The translations under genes were made by a program, and so were the position numbers. From Pseudomonadota bacterium (GTDB taxonomy: Bacteria; Pseudomonadota; Gammaproteobacteria; Burkholderiales; Methylophilaceae), in the NCBI GenBank assembly GCA_040387035.1, contig JAZKEN010000032.1:21-64020 (forward strand): a stretch of 64,000 nt of DNA. Reading direction: 5' to 3'. The notes under the pieces are model-generated. The model ran no database searches, was not told the origin of the DNA, and was given only the letters and a program-made list of their open reading frames with translations. Numbering within the stretch: the stretch's first letter is position 1; the number at the start of each line of letters is the position of its first letter. Shown here piece after piece: positions 31,229-42,701 of the stretch.

Positions 31229-31999
31229 CTAATTTGATTTAGGTGCCGTTAACCATATCAGCGTAGCCATGCGGCCGGTAACATTGTCGCGCCTGAATGA
31301 GAAAAAACGCGCACTATCGGTTACCGTGCAAAACTGCTCCTGGTCACCGCCGTAAACCTGGGTGACACCCAAATTCTTTAAGCGCTGTGTGGCAATGCTA
31401 TAGATATTGCCTAGCCATTTATCGCTGGCCAGTGGCTGAAAGGCAGACTCGGCTTGTGCATCGCTTGCCATGAATTGCGCCCTTACTTCATTGCCGACTT
31501 CAAACGCCATGGGTCCGATGGCAGGCCCTAACCAAGCCATTAAATGACCCGCTTTGACCGTAGTCGACGCCAATATTTTTGCAACCGTTGCCTCAACAAC
31601 GCCATCACACAAACTGCGCCAACCGGCATGGATACTGGCCACAACAGTGCCACCGGTATCACACAGCAATATGGGCAAGCAATCCGCGGTCATGGTGACG
31701 CAAACCACATTGTAGCGCGTGCTGAAACTGGCATCCGCATTTGGCACGCAATCGGTATTGGCAGCATCCACCACATGCACGCCATGCACCTGATTCAACC
31801 ATACCGGCTCGGATGGTACAAACTGACTCAATAGCTGGCGATTATGCGCAACGTGTATCACATCATCCTGCACATGACTACCCAAGTTCAAGCTTGCGTA
31901 AGGCCCAGTGCTTACCCCGCCGTGCCGCGTAGTTTGCACGCTATGCACATTGGCGGGCGCTGGCCAATCGGGAATAATAAAATCACTTGTCTTAAGCAA
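31229..31999 (-). CDS. pgeF: Peptidoglycan editing factor / purine nucleoside phosphorylase (YfiH)
   Basis: WLNQVHG, TADCLP, HAGWR, FFSFRR; follows rluD. Confidence 0.95.
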   Translation of the reverse strand: MLKTSDFIIPDWPAPANVHSVQTTRHGGVSTGPYASLNLGSHVQDDVIHVAHNRQLLSQFVPSEPVWLNQVHGVHVVDAANTDCVPNADASFSTRYNVVCVTMTADCLPILLCDTGGTVVASIHAGWRSLCDGVVEATVAKILASTTVKAGHLMAWLGPAIGPMAFEVGNEVRAQFMASDAQAESAFQPLASDKWLGNIYSIATQRLKNLGVTQVYGGDQEQFCTVTDSARFFSFRRDNVTGRMATLIWLTAPKSN

Positions 32000-32001
32000 A
32001 A

Positions 32002-33114
32002 TTAATCTCCTTCCAACTCATCATCATCAAAATCTTCAAAGTCATCATCATCGGCTTCGCCTTCATAATAATCACCATCCTGATAACCGAAATCAAAGCC
32101 TTCACCATCTTCTTCCAATGGCACATCTTCATGACGCATGGCTTCTAGCAGCACCTTCATATCATCTGCCAGCTCGATTTGCCATTCCATAAACTCGTTG
32201 GTTTTAGGGTGAATAAGGCCTAATTTTACGGCGTGCAAGGCCTGGCGGTTAAAATCACTCACTGCATCACGCAAAGTTTGGGTCATATGCTTATGTGGAA
32301 TGATATTACCGATACCATACACCGGGTCGCCCAACATGGGGGCTTTTAGAAACTGCATATGCACGCGAATTTGGTGCGTGCGACCTGTTTCCAGCTGGCA
32401 CCGCAGATAAGTGTGCACGCCAAAGCGTTCAAGCACTTCATAATGCGTGATGGCAGGCTTGCCTGTGCGCGAAATCGCCATTTTGGTACGTGCATGGCTG
32501 TGGCGTCCAATAGGCTGGTTAATGGTGCCATTACGCCATAACTGCCCCCAAACGATTGCCCTGTATTCACGCTTAACGGTGCGTGCCTGCAATTGACGCA
32601 CCAGGCTGGTTTGCGCTTCCAAGGTTTTAGCCACCACCAGCAAACCGCTGGTGTCTTTATCCAATCGATGCACAATGCCTGCGCGCGGCACATCGCTTAA
32701 TTGCGGCACATGGTGCAACAAAGCATTTAATAAGGTGCCGCTCCAATTACCCGCAGCAGGATGCACCACCAAACCGGCTGGCTTATTAATCACTAAAATT
32801 GTGTCATCCTCGTACACAATATTGAGTGGAATATTTTCAGGCAGAAATGCCTGTTCTTGTGGATTGGCCTGCGGTGTAATATCCACTCGCTCACCACCCC
32901 ATACTTTCGTTTTTGGCGTGGCAGCAACTTGGTTTAAAGTGACAAAACCGGCCTTAATCCATGATTGCAGGCGCGAACGCGAATGGGCAGGCAACATTTG
33001 TTGCAAGGCAACGTCTAATCGCTCACCACCCGCGCTCATTGGAATAATCAACTTAACACTGGGGTTAAGCTGGGGACTTAGTGGCGTGTTTACAGCTAAC
33101 TCTTTTTTTGGCAT
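32002..33114 (-). CDS. rluD: 23S rRNA pseudouridine synthase D
   Basis: S4 domain, NKPAGLVVHP, HRLDKDTSG, GRTHQIRVH. Confidence 0.96.
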   Translation of the reverse strand: MPKKELAVNTPLSPQLNPSVKLIIPMSAGGERLDVALQQMLPAHSRSRLQSWIKAGFVTLNQVAATPKTKVWGGERVDITPQANPQEQAFLPENIPLNIVYEDDTILVINKPAGLVVHPAAGNWSGTLLNALLHHVPQLSDVPRAGIVHRLDKDTSGLLVVAKTLEAQTSLVRQLQARTVKREYRAIVWGQLWRNGTINQPIGRHSHARTKMAISRTGKPAITHYEVLERFGVHTYLRCQLETGRTHQIRVHMQFLKAPMLGDPVYGIGNIIPHKHMTQTLRDAVSDFNRQALHAVKLGLIHPKTNEFMEWQIELADDMKVLLEAMRHEDVPLEEDGEGFDFGYQDGDYYEGEADDDDFEDFDDDELEGD

Positions 33115-33171
33115 CTGTTTTTTAACAGCTTAAGTTATAATAAAACTTAAATTGTTTGTAGGTTTTAAATA

Positions 33172-33999
33172 GTGAAACGTATTTTACCGCTTTATTGCAA
33201 ATCCATTGGGGCTTTATTGCTGCCTTTTGTATTAAGTAGTTGCGCCATTTTTGGTGAGCCAACCGAGCTGGATGACACCAGGGGCTGGCAAGCTGACCGC
33301 ATTTATGCGGAAGGCGAATCCAAAATGATTGATAAAGACTATGACAAGGCGCTGGTCTATTTTCAAAAACTGGAATCGCGTTTTCCGCATGGCAAATATG
33401 CTACGCAAGCGCAACTGGAAATTGCGTATATTCATTACAAAAAACAAGACCCTGTTTCAACGGTTATTGCAGCCGATCGCTTTATCAAACTGCATCCCAA
33501 CCACCCTAATGTAGATTATGCTTATTATATCAAAGGCTTAGCCAGCTTTAGTGAGCGTGGCATTATTGAAAAATATACCGCGCAGGAAATCAGCGATCGC
33601 GATCCCAAGACATTAAAACTATCGTTTGCCGCTTTAAAAGAGTTGGTTGAGCGCTACCCAAAAAGCCGTTACTACAAAGACGCGACGCAGCGTATGTTGT
33701 ATTTGGTGAATGCTTTAGCGCAGCATGAAATGCACGTTGCACGTTACTACATGAAGCGCACCGCCTACCTGGCAGCACTTAACCGCGCGAAATATGTGTT
33801 GGAATACTATCCAAACTCAACCTCTATTGAAGAGGCTTTGGTAGTCAGTGTGAGCGCCTATGATTACATGGACCTGACCGATTTGAAAGATGACACTTTA
33901 CGCATACTTAAAACCAACTACCCGCAAAACCCGATGGTGTTGGGTAAAGTAAGCGAAGACGAACGCGTATGGTGGAAATTCTGGGAAAGTCTGTACTAA
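33172..33999 (+). CDS. bamD: Outer membrane assembly lipoprotein BamD
   Basis: Lipobox LSSC, TPR repeats, RFIKLHPNHPNVDYAYY; divergent from rluD. Confidence 0.96.
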   Translation: MKRILPLYCKSIGALLLPFVLSSCAIFGEPTELDDTRGWQADRIYAEGESKMIDKDYDKALVYFQKLESRFPHGKYATQAQLEIAYIHYKKQDPVSTVIAADRFIKLHPNHPNVDYAYYIKGLASFSERGIIEKYTAQEISDRDPKTLKLSFAALKELVERYPKSRYYKDATQRMLYLVNALAQHEMHVARYYMKRTAYLAALNRAKYVLEYYPNSTSIEEALVVSVSAYDYMDLTDLKDDTLRILKTNYPQNPMVLGKVSEDERVWWKFWESLY

Positions 34000-34005
34000 G
34001 GATTG

Positions 34006-34034
34006 AAAAAGCCTGCTGATATGCAGGCTTTTTT
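34006..34034. terminator. Bidirectional terminator between bamD and der
   Basis: AAAAAGCCTGC-tgatat-GCAGGCTTTTTT. Confidence 0.85.
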
Positions 34035-34087
34035 GTTTCAACTTAGTTTATGTGATGGTTGAAACAACCAACTTCAAACTAGCGTTA

Positions 34088-35518
34088 CTATCTTTTCTTA
34101 TCTTCAATATCTTTTTTGGCTTTCAGCTCAGCACGCTGCGCAGTTTTACGGCGACGCATACTCACAATACCCTCGCCTGCTTTGCGCTTTTCTGGCTCTG
34201 CAAACGGGTTATCGCCTTGTTTGAACTGTACCCTGAGTGGCGTACCGACCAACTGGAAAGTTTTGCGGTAAACGCCCTCTAAATAGCGTTTATAGCTGTC
34301 TTTGATATCATCAACATGGCTACCGTGCACCACCACGATTGGTGGATTCATACCGCCCTGGTGTGCGTATTTTAATTTTGGCCTTGTGCCACGGCTAATA
34401 GGCGGCTGATGCTGGGCAATAGCGTCAATCAGCACACGCGTTAATTGTGGCGTGGCTAGCTTAGCCATAGCTGCTTTAAACGCGCCGTCTACCGATGTAA
34501 ACAACTCAGGCAGGCCTTTTTTGCGCAATGCGGATATATAGTGAAATTTAGCAAAGTCCAAAAATATCAGTTTGCGGTCAATTTCTTTTTTAATAAACTC
34601 GCGTTCATCTTCAGGCAGGCCATCCCATTTATTCACCGCCACTACCAAGGCACGGCCAGCGTCCAATATATAAGCGGCTACGTGCGCATCTTGCTCGGTA
34701 ATGCCTTCTTGCGCGTCCACCACCAAAATCGCTACGTTGGCATCTTCAATCGCTTGCATGGTTTTTACCACTGAGAATTTCTCAATCGCCTCAAACACAC
34801 GGCCGCGTTTGCGCACACCTGCGGTATCAATAATCGTATACGTTTTGCCGTTCTTTTCTAAATCAATCTCAATCGAATCACGCGTTGTGCCTGGCTCATC
34901 AAACGCAATCACACGCTCTTCACCCAGCAAGGCGTTCACCAATGTGGATTTGCCTACATTTGGGCGGCCAACAATGGCAATCTTAGGTTTTTTAAGATTG
35001 GTACGCTCTTCTTCAAAAGTGTGCTCTGGAAAGTTTTCTAGGGCCAATTCCACCAAGTCTTTTACGCCTTCGCCATGCGCAGATGAGATAGACAATGGTT
35101 CGCCCAAACCTAATTCATGGAAATCCGCTGAAACCACGGCTTTATTCATGCCTTCGGTTTTATTGACTGCCAGCAAAACCGGACGTTGTGATTTGCGTAA
35201 TTTATCGGCAATGATAAATTCTTGTGGCGTCATGCCGGCACGTCCATCCACCAGGAAGATCACCACATCGGCTTCATCAATGGCTAGCAAGGTTTGGCGC
35301 GCCATTTCTTTTAGAATGCCAGATTCAGCAGTGGGCTCAAAACCACCGGTATCAATCACCAGGTAAGGCTTGCTGGCACCAATGCCGCGGCCATAATGCC
35401 TGTCGCGCGTAAGCCCAGGCAAATCAGCCACCAGCGCGTCACGACTTTTGGTCATGCGATTAAAAAGGGTTGATTTGCCGACGTTAGGTCGGCCAACTAA
35501 AACAATGGTAGGCAGCAT
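34088..35518 (-). CDS. der: Ribosome biogenesis GTPase Der (EngA)
   Basis: Two GRPNVGKS G-domains and a C-terminal KH-like domain. Confidence 0.98.
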   Translation of the reverse strand: MLPTIVLVGRPNVGKSTLFNRMTKSRDALVADLPGLTRDRHYGRGIGASKPYLVIDTGGFEPTAESGILKEMARQTLLAIDEADVVIFLVDGRAGMTPQEFIIADKLRKSQRPVLLAVNKTEGMNKAVVSADFHELGLGEPLSISSAHGEGVKDLVELALENFPEHTFEEERTNLKKPKIAIVGRPNVGKSTLVNALLGEERVIAFDEPGTTRDSIEIDLEKNGKTYTIIDTAGVRKRGRVFEAIEKFSVVKTMQAIEDANVAILVVDAQEGITEQDAHVAAYILDAGRALVVAVNKWDGLPEDEREFIKKEIDRKLIFLDFAKFHYISALRKKGLPELFTSVDGAFKAAMAKLATPQLTRVLIDAIAQHQPPISRGTRPKLKYAHQGGMNPPIVVVHGSHVDDIKDSYKRYLEGVYRKTFQLVGTPLRVQFKQGDNPFAEPEKRKAGEGIVSMRRRKTAQRAELKAKKDIEDKKR

Positions 35519-35530
35519 ATGGGGGACTAA

Positions 35531-36721
35531 TTATTTGACACTAACCGCATAAACGCCACCATCACGGGTTTCGGCTATGAGTTGTGAAGAGTTTGAACCA
35601 GGAATAAGAGACATGACCGCATTATCATCTAGCTTAATGCGTGCCGAAAAGTTGCCGTCGTCGCGGCTTAAGAAATGCACATAACCTTCCAGATCGCCAA
35701 CGGCGATCAAGCTGCCCATAGGCAAGGGCGTGGTTAAGCGGCGGTTCGCCAAAGCACCCTGGCGCCAGAATGTTTTGCCACTGGTGTAATCCAGCGAATA
35801 CACAGAGCCTAGAGTATGCGAAACGAATATTTTCGCGTCTTCGGCACTCAAACCAGCATAGCTGGAAATATCACGATTCCATACCACTTTGCCGGTAGCA
35901 CGGTCTACCGCGGCAATCTTGCCTTGGTAGGCTACCGCATACACCAAAGCACCATCCACAAAAGGCAGGCTGGTGATGTCGGCAATACGCTCAATTTCAG
36001 TCACGCCTTTTGGTTGCGCTACGGTAGCTTCCCACAAAATCTTGCCGTTATCGGCGCGGATGGCAACCAGCTTACCACCGGCAAATCCTGCGTAGACCGC
36101 ACCACCATCCACCACGATACCCACGCTGCTGCGTAGAGATAAAGCCGGTGTTGATCGCTCATATACCCATTTACGGCTGCCATCGGTTGCGTTTAAACCA
36201 TAGATGCGGTTATCGCCGGAGCGCGCAATGACCAAGCCATCGAAATAACGTGGCACGCTCAATACTTCGCTGGATACTTTGGCTTTCCATAACGATTTAC
36301 CCGCCACATCATAGGCATGCACATAACCTTTATTGCTGCCAACCATCACGATACCAGCCGCTACGCCAACGCCGCCGCTGATGGGTTCACCAATATTCAC
36401 ACTCCATAGCTGTTTACCACTTGCAGCGTCTAACTTGGTCAACTCGCCTTTTACGTTCGCGGCATACACGGCATCAGAATCTTTTGCCAATGTATAGTCA
36501 TACCTTGCAGTGTCACCAACGTTGCTTGACCAATCTACTTTAGCGGCATACGTGGGCTTGAACTCTTCCAATTCGGCAGGCGGATTAGCTGGCTCACTGC
36601 CAAATATCTTTTCTGACAAATTAGATTTCAGGTCAGTAATAGAACTACAGGCCGTCAGCAAGGTTACTGCAGCCACTAAAATCCATGTAGAAATAGAATT
36701 TCTCATCATAAAAACCAGCAA
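35531..36721 (-). CDS. bamB: Outer membrane assembly lipoprotein BamB
   Basis: Lipobox LTAC, PQQ-like beta-propeller repeats; between yfgM and der; real start may be a few codons downstream. Confidence 0.93.
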   Translation of the reverse strand: MLVFMMRNSISTWILVAAVTLLTACSSITDLKSNLSEKIFGSEPANPPAELEEFKPTYAAKVDWSSNVGDTARYDYTLAKDSDAVYAANVKGELTKLDAASGKQLWSVNIGEPISGGVGVAAGIVMVGSNKGYVHAYDVAGKSLWKAKVSSEVLSVPRYFDGLVIARSGDNRIYGLNATDGSRKWVYERSTPALSLRSSVGIVVDGGAVYAGFAGGKLVAIRADNGKILWEATVAQPKGVTEIERIADITSLPFVDGALVYAVAYQGKIAAVDRATGKVVWNRDISSYAGLSAEDAKIFVSHTLGSVYSLDYTSGKTFWRQGALANRRLTTPLPMGSLIAVGDLEGYVHFLSRDDGNFSARIKLDDNAVMSLIPGSNSSQLIAETRDGGVYAVSVK

Positions 36722-37363
36722 TTAAACACCCGACGATTCAGTGCCAAGCGCTTCCAGTTTTTGGCGTGTGTATTGTTGCAATCTGCCTTGTGTATCCAGC
36801 TCGTTCAATGCCGCTTGGTAGGCTTTCTTGGCGTCTGCGGTTTTGCCTTGTGCCAAATAAATATCGCCTTTAAGGTCTTCTTTTAAGCCCATAAAACCTT
36901 TATCAGCATCGTTTGTGAGCAGCTTCAAAGCGGCATCATAGCTTTTTTCTTCAAACAAAATGCCCGCCAATTGCAAACTTGCAATGGCTTTGGTCGTACT
37001 TTCCTTGGCATTTTCTGCAGCCCACTCTAATTGTGTCTTCGCTGCTTTGGTATCGTTGGCGCCAAGACTGGCCTTTGCTGAAATAATCGCTGCGCGGCCC
37101 GCATAAGGGGTGCTGGCATAGTCCTTGGTTAATGTTGCGGCTTGCGACTGAATATCGCTGACTTTACCGGGTTCTGTTACCACCAGCGCCTGATACAAAA
37201 CCGAAGCTTCAGTAGCTTTTTTGTTTTGATAATAGCCATAACCCTGCCATGCTGCATAGGCGATTAAAGCGGCAAGCACTAAATTAGTAGCCAGCTTGCC
37301 ATTCTTTTTCCACCACGCTTTAAATTCGTCTAACTGCTCTTGCTCTTCTAAATCGTATGCCAT
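36722..37363 (-). CDS. yfgM: YfgM ancillary SecYEG TPR protein
   Basis: YDLEEQEQL..KAWWKKNG, TM helix, TPR with LKGDIY. Confidence 0.92.
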   Translation of the reverse strand: MAYDLEEQEQLDEFKAWWKKNGKLATNLVLAALIAYAAWQGYGYYQNKKATEASVLYQALVVTEPGKVSDIQSQAATLTKDYASTPYAGRAAIISAKASLGANDTKAAKTQLEWAAENAKESTTKAIASLQLAGILFEEKSYDAALKLLTNDADKGFMGLKEDLKGDIYLAQGKTADAKKAYQAALNELDTQGRLQQYTRQKLEALGTESSGV

Positions 37364-37408
37364 TACTTTTCTCTCTTGATTAACTTTAGCCGCAAATCGC
37401 GCGTTGAA

Positions 37409-38227
37409 TCACGCGGCTTTGCGCCCTGGTATTGCACTTAATAATTGCTGTGTATAAGCCTGCTGCGGTGCGTGATAAATATCCACCACATTGCCCTGCT
37501 CTACTATTTTACCCTTGTGCATCACTACCATTTCATCGGCAATATGGCGCACAACACGTAAATCGTGACTAATAAAAATGTAGCTTAACTGCATTTCGCG
37601 CTGCAATTCCTTTAGCAGCAATAAAATTTGCGCCTGCACCGAAACGTCCAATGCCGAAACAGGCTCATCGCACACCACTACCTTGGGTTGCAGCACTAAT
37701 GCACGCGCTATGCCGATACGTTGCCGCTGACCGCCCGAAAACTGGTGCGGATATTTAAGCGCGTCACTGGCATTTAATCCAACGCGCTCCAGCATCTGAT
37801 GCACTTTATTTTTTTGCTCGACGGCGTTGCCCAAACCATGGATCAGCAAGCCCTCACCGACAATTTCACCCACACGCATGCGCGGATTCAGTGACGCAAA
37901 AGGATCTTGAAACACCATTTGCAAATTTTTGCGCATGTCACGCAACGACGCTGCGTCTAATTTCGCTAAATCTTTGCCTTCAAATAGCACTTCACCGCTA
38001 TCGAAAGGATGCAATTGTAACAGACAACGCGCCAAGGTGGATTTACCGGAACCAGATTCACCTACCACAGCCAGGGTTGAGCCGGCTTTTAATGAGAGGC
38101 TAACGTCATCCAAAGCTTTAATCTGCGTGCTGCCAAAGCCGAAACGCCCACTGCTTTGTGAGTAGGTTTTAACCAAATGATTGGCTTGCAAGATGATGGC
38201 GGAGTTATCCGGATTATTGGCACTCAT
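37409..38227 (-). CDS. Peptide/nickel ABC ATPase (OppF/DppF-like)
   Basis: [39 protein letters not shown]. Confidence 0.9.
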   Translation of the reverse strand: MSANNPDNSAIILQANHLVKTYSQSSGRFGFGSTQIKALDDVSLSLKAGSTLAVVGESGSGKSTLARCLLQLHPFDSGEVLFEGKDLAKLDAASLRDMRKNLQMVFQDPFASLNPRMRVGEIVGEGLLIHGLGNAVEQKNKVHQMLERVGLNASDALKYPHQFSGGQRQRIGIARALVLQPKVVVCDEPVSALDVSVQAQILLLLKELQREMQLSYIFISHDLRVVRHIADEMVVMHKGKIVEQGNVVDIYHAPQQAYTQQLLSAIPGRKAA

Positions 38228-39060
38228 GCAGCAACCTTTTTATCATTTAGCCATGCGTAATCAATCGGTTTCAGCTGTTTTTTACCTTCTGCGTCGGGCA
38301 CGCAGGCCAAAAGCGCTTTAGTGTAAGGGTGTTGCGGCTTTTCCAGCACTTGCTTTTTGCTGCCTGTTTCGACAATCTCGCCCCTGAACATCACAATCAC
38401 GTCATCGGCAATATCGGCAACCACGCCAAAGTCATGGGTAATGAATAGCATGGCCATATTCATACGGGTTTTTAACTCGTCCAGCAATTTAAGTATCTGT
38501 GCCTGTACGGTCACATCCAGCGCGGTGGTAGGCTCATCGGCAATCAGTAATGCAGGCTCACAGGCAATACTCATGGCGATCATCACGCGCTGGCGCTGGC
38601 CGCCCGACAACTCGTCCGGATAACTACTGGCGCGGTCCATGGGAATGCCCACCTGCTGCAATAAACTTTCCACACGCAATTTTAAACCGGAGCCTTTTAA
38701 GCCGGTATGTGCGGTCAATGCTTCACCGATTTGATAACCCACTGTTAACACCGGGTTAAGTGAGGTCATCGGCTCTTGGAAAATCATGCCGATTTTTGCA
38801 CCACGTATGCTCTGCAATGCCTTGTTATCCAGCTGTGTGATGTCCTGGCCTTTAAATACAACGCTACCAGTAGATTGCAGCTGTTTGGACAGCAAACCCA
38901 TAATCGTCAGTGCCGTTAAACTTTTGCCACTGCCCGATTCGCCGACTATGCAAGTGGTTTTCCCAGACGATAAACTGAAAGCAGCATCCTTCACTAAAAA
39001 ACGACTTAAATCATTTTTTGGTGTGACGTTTAAATTGTTTACCGTTAGGATTTCACTCAT
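38224..39060 (-). CDS. Peptide/nickel ABC ATPase (OppD/DppD-like)
   Basis: [42 protein letters not shown]. Confidence 0.9.
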   Translation of the reverse strand: MSEILTVNNLNVTPKNDLSRFLVKDAAFSLSSGKTTCIVGESGSGKSLTALTIMGLLSKQLQSTGSVVFKGQDITQLDNKALQSIRGAKIGMIFQEPMTSLNPVLTVGYQIGEALTAHTGLKGSGLKLRVESLLQQVGIPMDRASSYPDELSGGQRQRVMIAMSIACEPALLIADEPTTALDVTVQAQILKLLDELKTRMNMAMLFITHDFGVVADIADDVIVMFRGEIVETGSKKQVLEKPQHPYTKALLACVPDAEGKKQLKPIDYAWLNDKKVAA

Positions 39061-39073
39061 GCGCTAGTTCGTA

Positions 39074-40357
39074 TCATTCAAGTTTGGTATCACTCAATAT
39101 TTGCTGTACTTCGCCTAGTTTACAACGTTTTTGTTCACCCGCCTGTAATAAAGGTTTTAACGAAATTTCTCCCGCTAAAGCTTCATCATCGCCTAGAATC
39201 GCCGCAAAACGCGCACCGCTTCTATCGGCTTTTTTCATTTGCGATTTAAAGCTGCCGCCACCTGCGTGCAGCACAACTCTTAAACCAGCACTTCTTAGCG
39301 TTTCTGCGTTGGCAAAAGCCTGTTTCTCGGCAACTTCACCCACATTCACCAGATAAATATCAGGGCTATTGCCAGCGCTTACGCCGTATTCCTGCATCAG
39401 TAAAAACACACGTTCCAGCCCGATTCCAAAACCACAGGCCGGCGTAGCATTGCCGCCCAAACGCTCCACCAGTGTGTCGTAGCGGCCACCGCCAGCGATA
39501 GTGCCCTGTGCACCCAGTTTGGTCGTCACCCATTCAAACACGGTACGGTTATAATAATCCAGGCCGCGCACCAGTCGATGGTTAATCGTATAGGCAATAC
39601 CTGCATCGCCTAGCAATTGACATAGCTTTTCAAAATGGGTTCGGCTGCCCTCCCCCAAACTTTCCATCAATTTAGGAGCAGCCTCGCATATAGCTTGCAT
39701 ACGCGGGTTTTTAGTGTCCAGTATGCGCAATGGATTGGTGTGCAAGCGGCGTTTTGCGTCTTCATCCAGTAAATCCGCATGCTGTTCAAAATAGGCAATC
39801 AAGGTTTGGCGATAGCTTGCGCGCTCTTCCGCATCGCCAATACTATTAATCTGCAGCTCAACATCAATAATACCCAGTTCACGCCATAGCCGCGCCAAAA
39901 GCAAAATCTGCTCGGCATCTACTTCCGGCGCATCAAAACCAAACGCTTCCACACCAATCTGGTGGAATTGCCGCTGACGACCTTTTTGCACGTTTTCGTG
40001 CCTAAACATCGCACCGCTATACCAAAGCCGTTGCGGGCCGTTATAAGTCAGGTTATTCTCAATCACTGCCCGCACACAGCCTGCCGTGCCTTCTGGACGC
40101 AGCGTTAACTTATCGCCGTTGAGCTTATCTTCCCAGGCATACATCTCTTTTTCGACAATATCGGTATGTTCGCCTACACTGCGCACAAACAGGTTGGTAT
40201 CTTCTACGATAGGCATGCGGATATTGTTGTAGCCGTACTGCGCCAGAATTTTACGTGCTGCGTCCTCTAGCTTAAACCATAGTGGTGTCGCTTCTGGCAG
40301 GATATCGTAAAAACCTTTGATGCTTTGAAATTTTGTGTTGGAAGAGTTTTGAGCCAT
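39074..40357 (-). CDS. hisS: Histidine--tRNA ligase
   Basis: LRPEGTA, RQFHQ, RGLDYY, GGRYD. Confidence 0.98.
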   Translation of the reverse strand: MAQNSSNTKFQSIKGFYDILPEATPLWFKLEDAARKILAQYGYNNIRMPIVEDTNLFVRSVGEHTDIVEKEMYAWEDKLNGDKLTLRPEGTAGCVRAVIENNLTYNGPQRLWYSGAMFRHENVQKGRQRQFHQIGVEAFGFDAPEVDAEQILLLARLWRELGIIDVELQINSIGDAEERASYRQTLIAYFEQHADLLDEDAKRRLHTNPLRILDTKNPRMQAICEAAPKLMESLGEGSRTHFEKLCQLLGDAGIAYTINHRLVRGLDYYNRTVFEWVTTKLGAQGTIAGGGRYDTLVERLGGNATPACGFGIGLERVFLLMQEYGVSAGNSPDIYLVNVGEVAEKQAFANAETLRSAGLRVVLHAGGGSFKSQMKKADRSGARFAAILGDDEALAGEISLKPLLQAGEQKRCKLGEVQQILSDTKLE

Positions 40358-40363
40358 TGAAAA

Positions 40364-41650
40364 TTAATTAACTGCTTGAATGGGAATTGTTTTTTCTATG
40401 AGCTTAAGGCGCAATTTGCCACCTTCAGCATAGTTCTTTTGTACGTATTCTTCTACGATGGCCTGAAATTCCTCAGCAATATGGTCGCCTTTTAGGGTCA
40501 CGGTTTTTTCACCATCCACAAACACAGGGGCGACCGGCGTTTCACCGGTACCAGGCAAGCTGATGCCGATATTCGCCAGTTTAGATTCGCCCGGGCCATT
40601 AACCACGCAGCCCATTACCGCCACGCTCATATCTTCAACGCCCGGATAGGCTTTACGCCATAGTGGCATTTGGGTGCGCAGATAGCCCTGGATTTGCATG
40701 GCCAATTCTTGGAAATAGGTAGAAGTGGTGCGACCACAGCCTGGGCAAGCCGTGACCAGCGGCGTAAACGAGCGGATACCCATGGTTTGCAAAATCTCTT
40801 GCGCGACAACCACTTCTTTAGTGCGTGATTCATTGGGTTCTGGCGTTAATGATACGCGAATGGTATCGCCGATGCCTTCTTGCAACAACAACGATAATGC
40901 GGCGGTTGAGGCGACAATGCCTTTAGACCCCATACCGGCTTCGGTTAGACCTAAATGCAGTGGAAATTCGCAACGCTTGGCCAGTTCGCGATAGACTTTA
41001 ACCAAATCCTGCACATTGCTTACCTTGCAGGAAATGATGATTTGACTTGGGCTTAAGCCAATATCCACGGCTTGCTGGGCGCTTTCAAGTGCCGATTGAA
41101 TCAGGGCTTCACGCATTAATTCATCCGATGACATAGGATTGGCAGATTTGCCATTATCATCCATCATCTGCGCCATCTTGGCTTGGTCCAGACTGCCCCA
41201 GTTAACGCCGATCCGCACGGATTTTTTGTATTGGATAGCCGCCTCAATCATGGCAGCAAATTGTTCGTCGCGCTTGCTGCCTTTGCCGACATTACCCGGA
41301 TTGATGCGGTACTTGGCCAGGCTTTTTGCGCAGTCAGGGTAGGCCGCCAGCAACTTGTGGCCGTTGTAGTGAAAATCGCCCACCAGCGGCACATTGCAGC
41401 CAAGCGCATCCAAACCCGCGCGAATATTGCCCACTTGTGCAGCCGCCTCAGGCGAATTGACAGTGATGCGCACCACCTCGCTGCCTGCTTGCCATAGTTC
41501 GAATACCTGCTGAATCGTGGCTTGTGCATCTGCCGTATCGGTATTGGTCATGCTTTGCACCACCACCGATGCAGATGCGCTGCCTTGCAGGCCGCCGCCA
41601 ACAGGCACATGGCCAATCATCACTTGTAGACACGGACGCCGCATGCTCAT
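40364..41650 (-). CDS. ispG: HMBPP synthase (MEP pathway); start placed at MSMRR
   Basis: [41 protein letters not shown]. Confidence 0.97.
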   Translation of the reverse strand: MSMRRPCLQVMIGHVPVGGGLQGSASASVVVQSMTNTDTADAQATIQQVFELWQAGSEVVRITVNSPEAAAQVGNIRAGLDALGCNVPLVGDFHYNGHKLLAAYPDCAKSLAKYRINPGNVGKGSKRDEQFAAMIEAAIQYKKSVRIGVNWGSLDQAKMAQMMDDNGKSANPMSSDELMREALIQSALESAQQAVDIGLSPSQIIISCKVSNVQDLVKVYRELAKRCEFPLHLGLTEAGMGSKGIVASTAALSLLLQEGIGDTIRVSLTPEPNESRTKEVVVAQEILQTMGIRSFTPLVTACPGCGRTTSTYFQELAMQIQGYLRTQMPLWRKAYPGVEDMSVAVMGCVVNGPGESKLANIGISLPGTGETPVAPVFVDGEKTVTLKGDHIAEEFQAIVEEYVQKNYAEGGKLRLKLIEKTIPIQAVN

Positions 41651-41651
41651 A

Positions 41652-42677
41652 TTACTCAAACTGGTTAAACTCCAGCTTATCCACTTTAACGCGCGCAACA
41701 TTACTACGCGTGTGCGGGCCCAGGTTTAATGGCTTATTGTTTATGCTCACGTCCACACCGCTTGCATTACCAATCACCACATTAATCGGTGGCTTTGCGC
41801 TAAAACCTTCGCGGCTACCGGCAAAAATGGTTTTGTTGTAGATCTGTTTGCCACTTGCATCAACAATGCTGATCCATGTTTCCTGGTTGGCATTAAATTC
41901 CAGCTTCGCCATGCCGGCATCCGATTCTGCGGGCAAAGCTTCCGTAGCAGGTGCAATAGCAGCCTGTTCAGGAACAACCGCCACATTATCTGCAGCGATT
42001 GCAGGGGTATTGAGCGTGTTTGCATTTGGCGCTACATCTGTGGGTTCAGGGGCAGGCAATACCAGGTCAACCGCCTGCTCAGCGCGTTCAGCGGCTGGTA
42101 AGGCAGGTTGAGGTAAAGGCTCTATTACCTCTTGGCTCGGCAATGTAGGGTTTGGTTTTTGAACATAGCTTTGATAAAAAAACCATGCGCCCAACACTAA
42201 TAAAACCAGTAAGCCGGCAACAATATAACGGCCTGTTTTAGGTTTTTTATAGCTATGCACTTTCATGGTAGTAGCCGGTTTTAACATAAATGCCAGCGGT
42301 TGTTTACTTGGCACCAATACATTGTAGGCGTCCAATAAAGGCTCAGCATCAATTTTCAGCAGCTTGGCATAGTTGCGGATAAAGCCCCTCACAATGGTGG
42401 ATTCAGGCAATGCTAAAAATTGGTCCGCCTCAATCGATTCAATCTGACGGCTACTGATTTTTAATTTGCCAGCCACATCCTGCACCGACAAGCCTTGCTT
42501 TTCGCGCTCGGTTCTTAGAGCACCTCCACAACGTGAGCGGGAGTAAATGCTGTAATCGGCTGCCGCCGCATCAGACGACATTTGGTTTTCGCTCATATGG
42601 GCCTGATTATTATCGTTATTTTCAGTTTTATCTACTGTTGATTTCTCTTCAGCAGCATGGATTGATTTACGTGCCAT
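41652..42677 (-). CDS. rodZ: RodZ-like HTH / DUF4115 membrane protein
   Basis: HTH with [11 protein letters not shown], one TM helix, C-terminal beta domain; between pilW and ispG. Confidence 0.88.
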   Translation of the reverse strand: MARKSIHAAEEKSTVDKTENNDNNQAHMSENQMSSDAAAADYSIYSRSRCGGALRTEREKQGLSVQDVAGKLKISSRQIESIEADQFLALPESTIVRGFIRNYAKLLKIDAEPLLDAYNVLVPSKQPLAFMLKPATTMKVHSYKKPKTGRYIVAGLLVLLVLGAWFFYQSYVQKPNPTLPSQEVIEPLPQPALPAAERAEQAVDLVLPAPEPTDVAPNANTLNTPAIAADNVAVVPEQAAIAPATEALPAESDAGMAKLEFNANQETWISIVDASGKQIYNKTIFAGSREGFSAKPPINVVIGNASGVDVSINNKPLNLGPHTRSNVARVKVDKLEFNQFE

Positions 42678-42701
42678 ATTACCCTTAACTTCTATCAATA
42701 A

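Noticed and set aside
34701-35366. 221-aa antisense ORF (and similar shadows, e.g. 23662-24240, 32651-33133, 55791-56273, 58192-58647)
   Set aside because: They lie antisense to well-conserved genes and are explained by codon bias.
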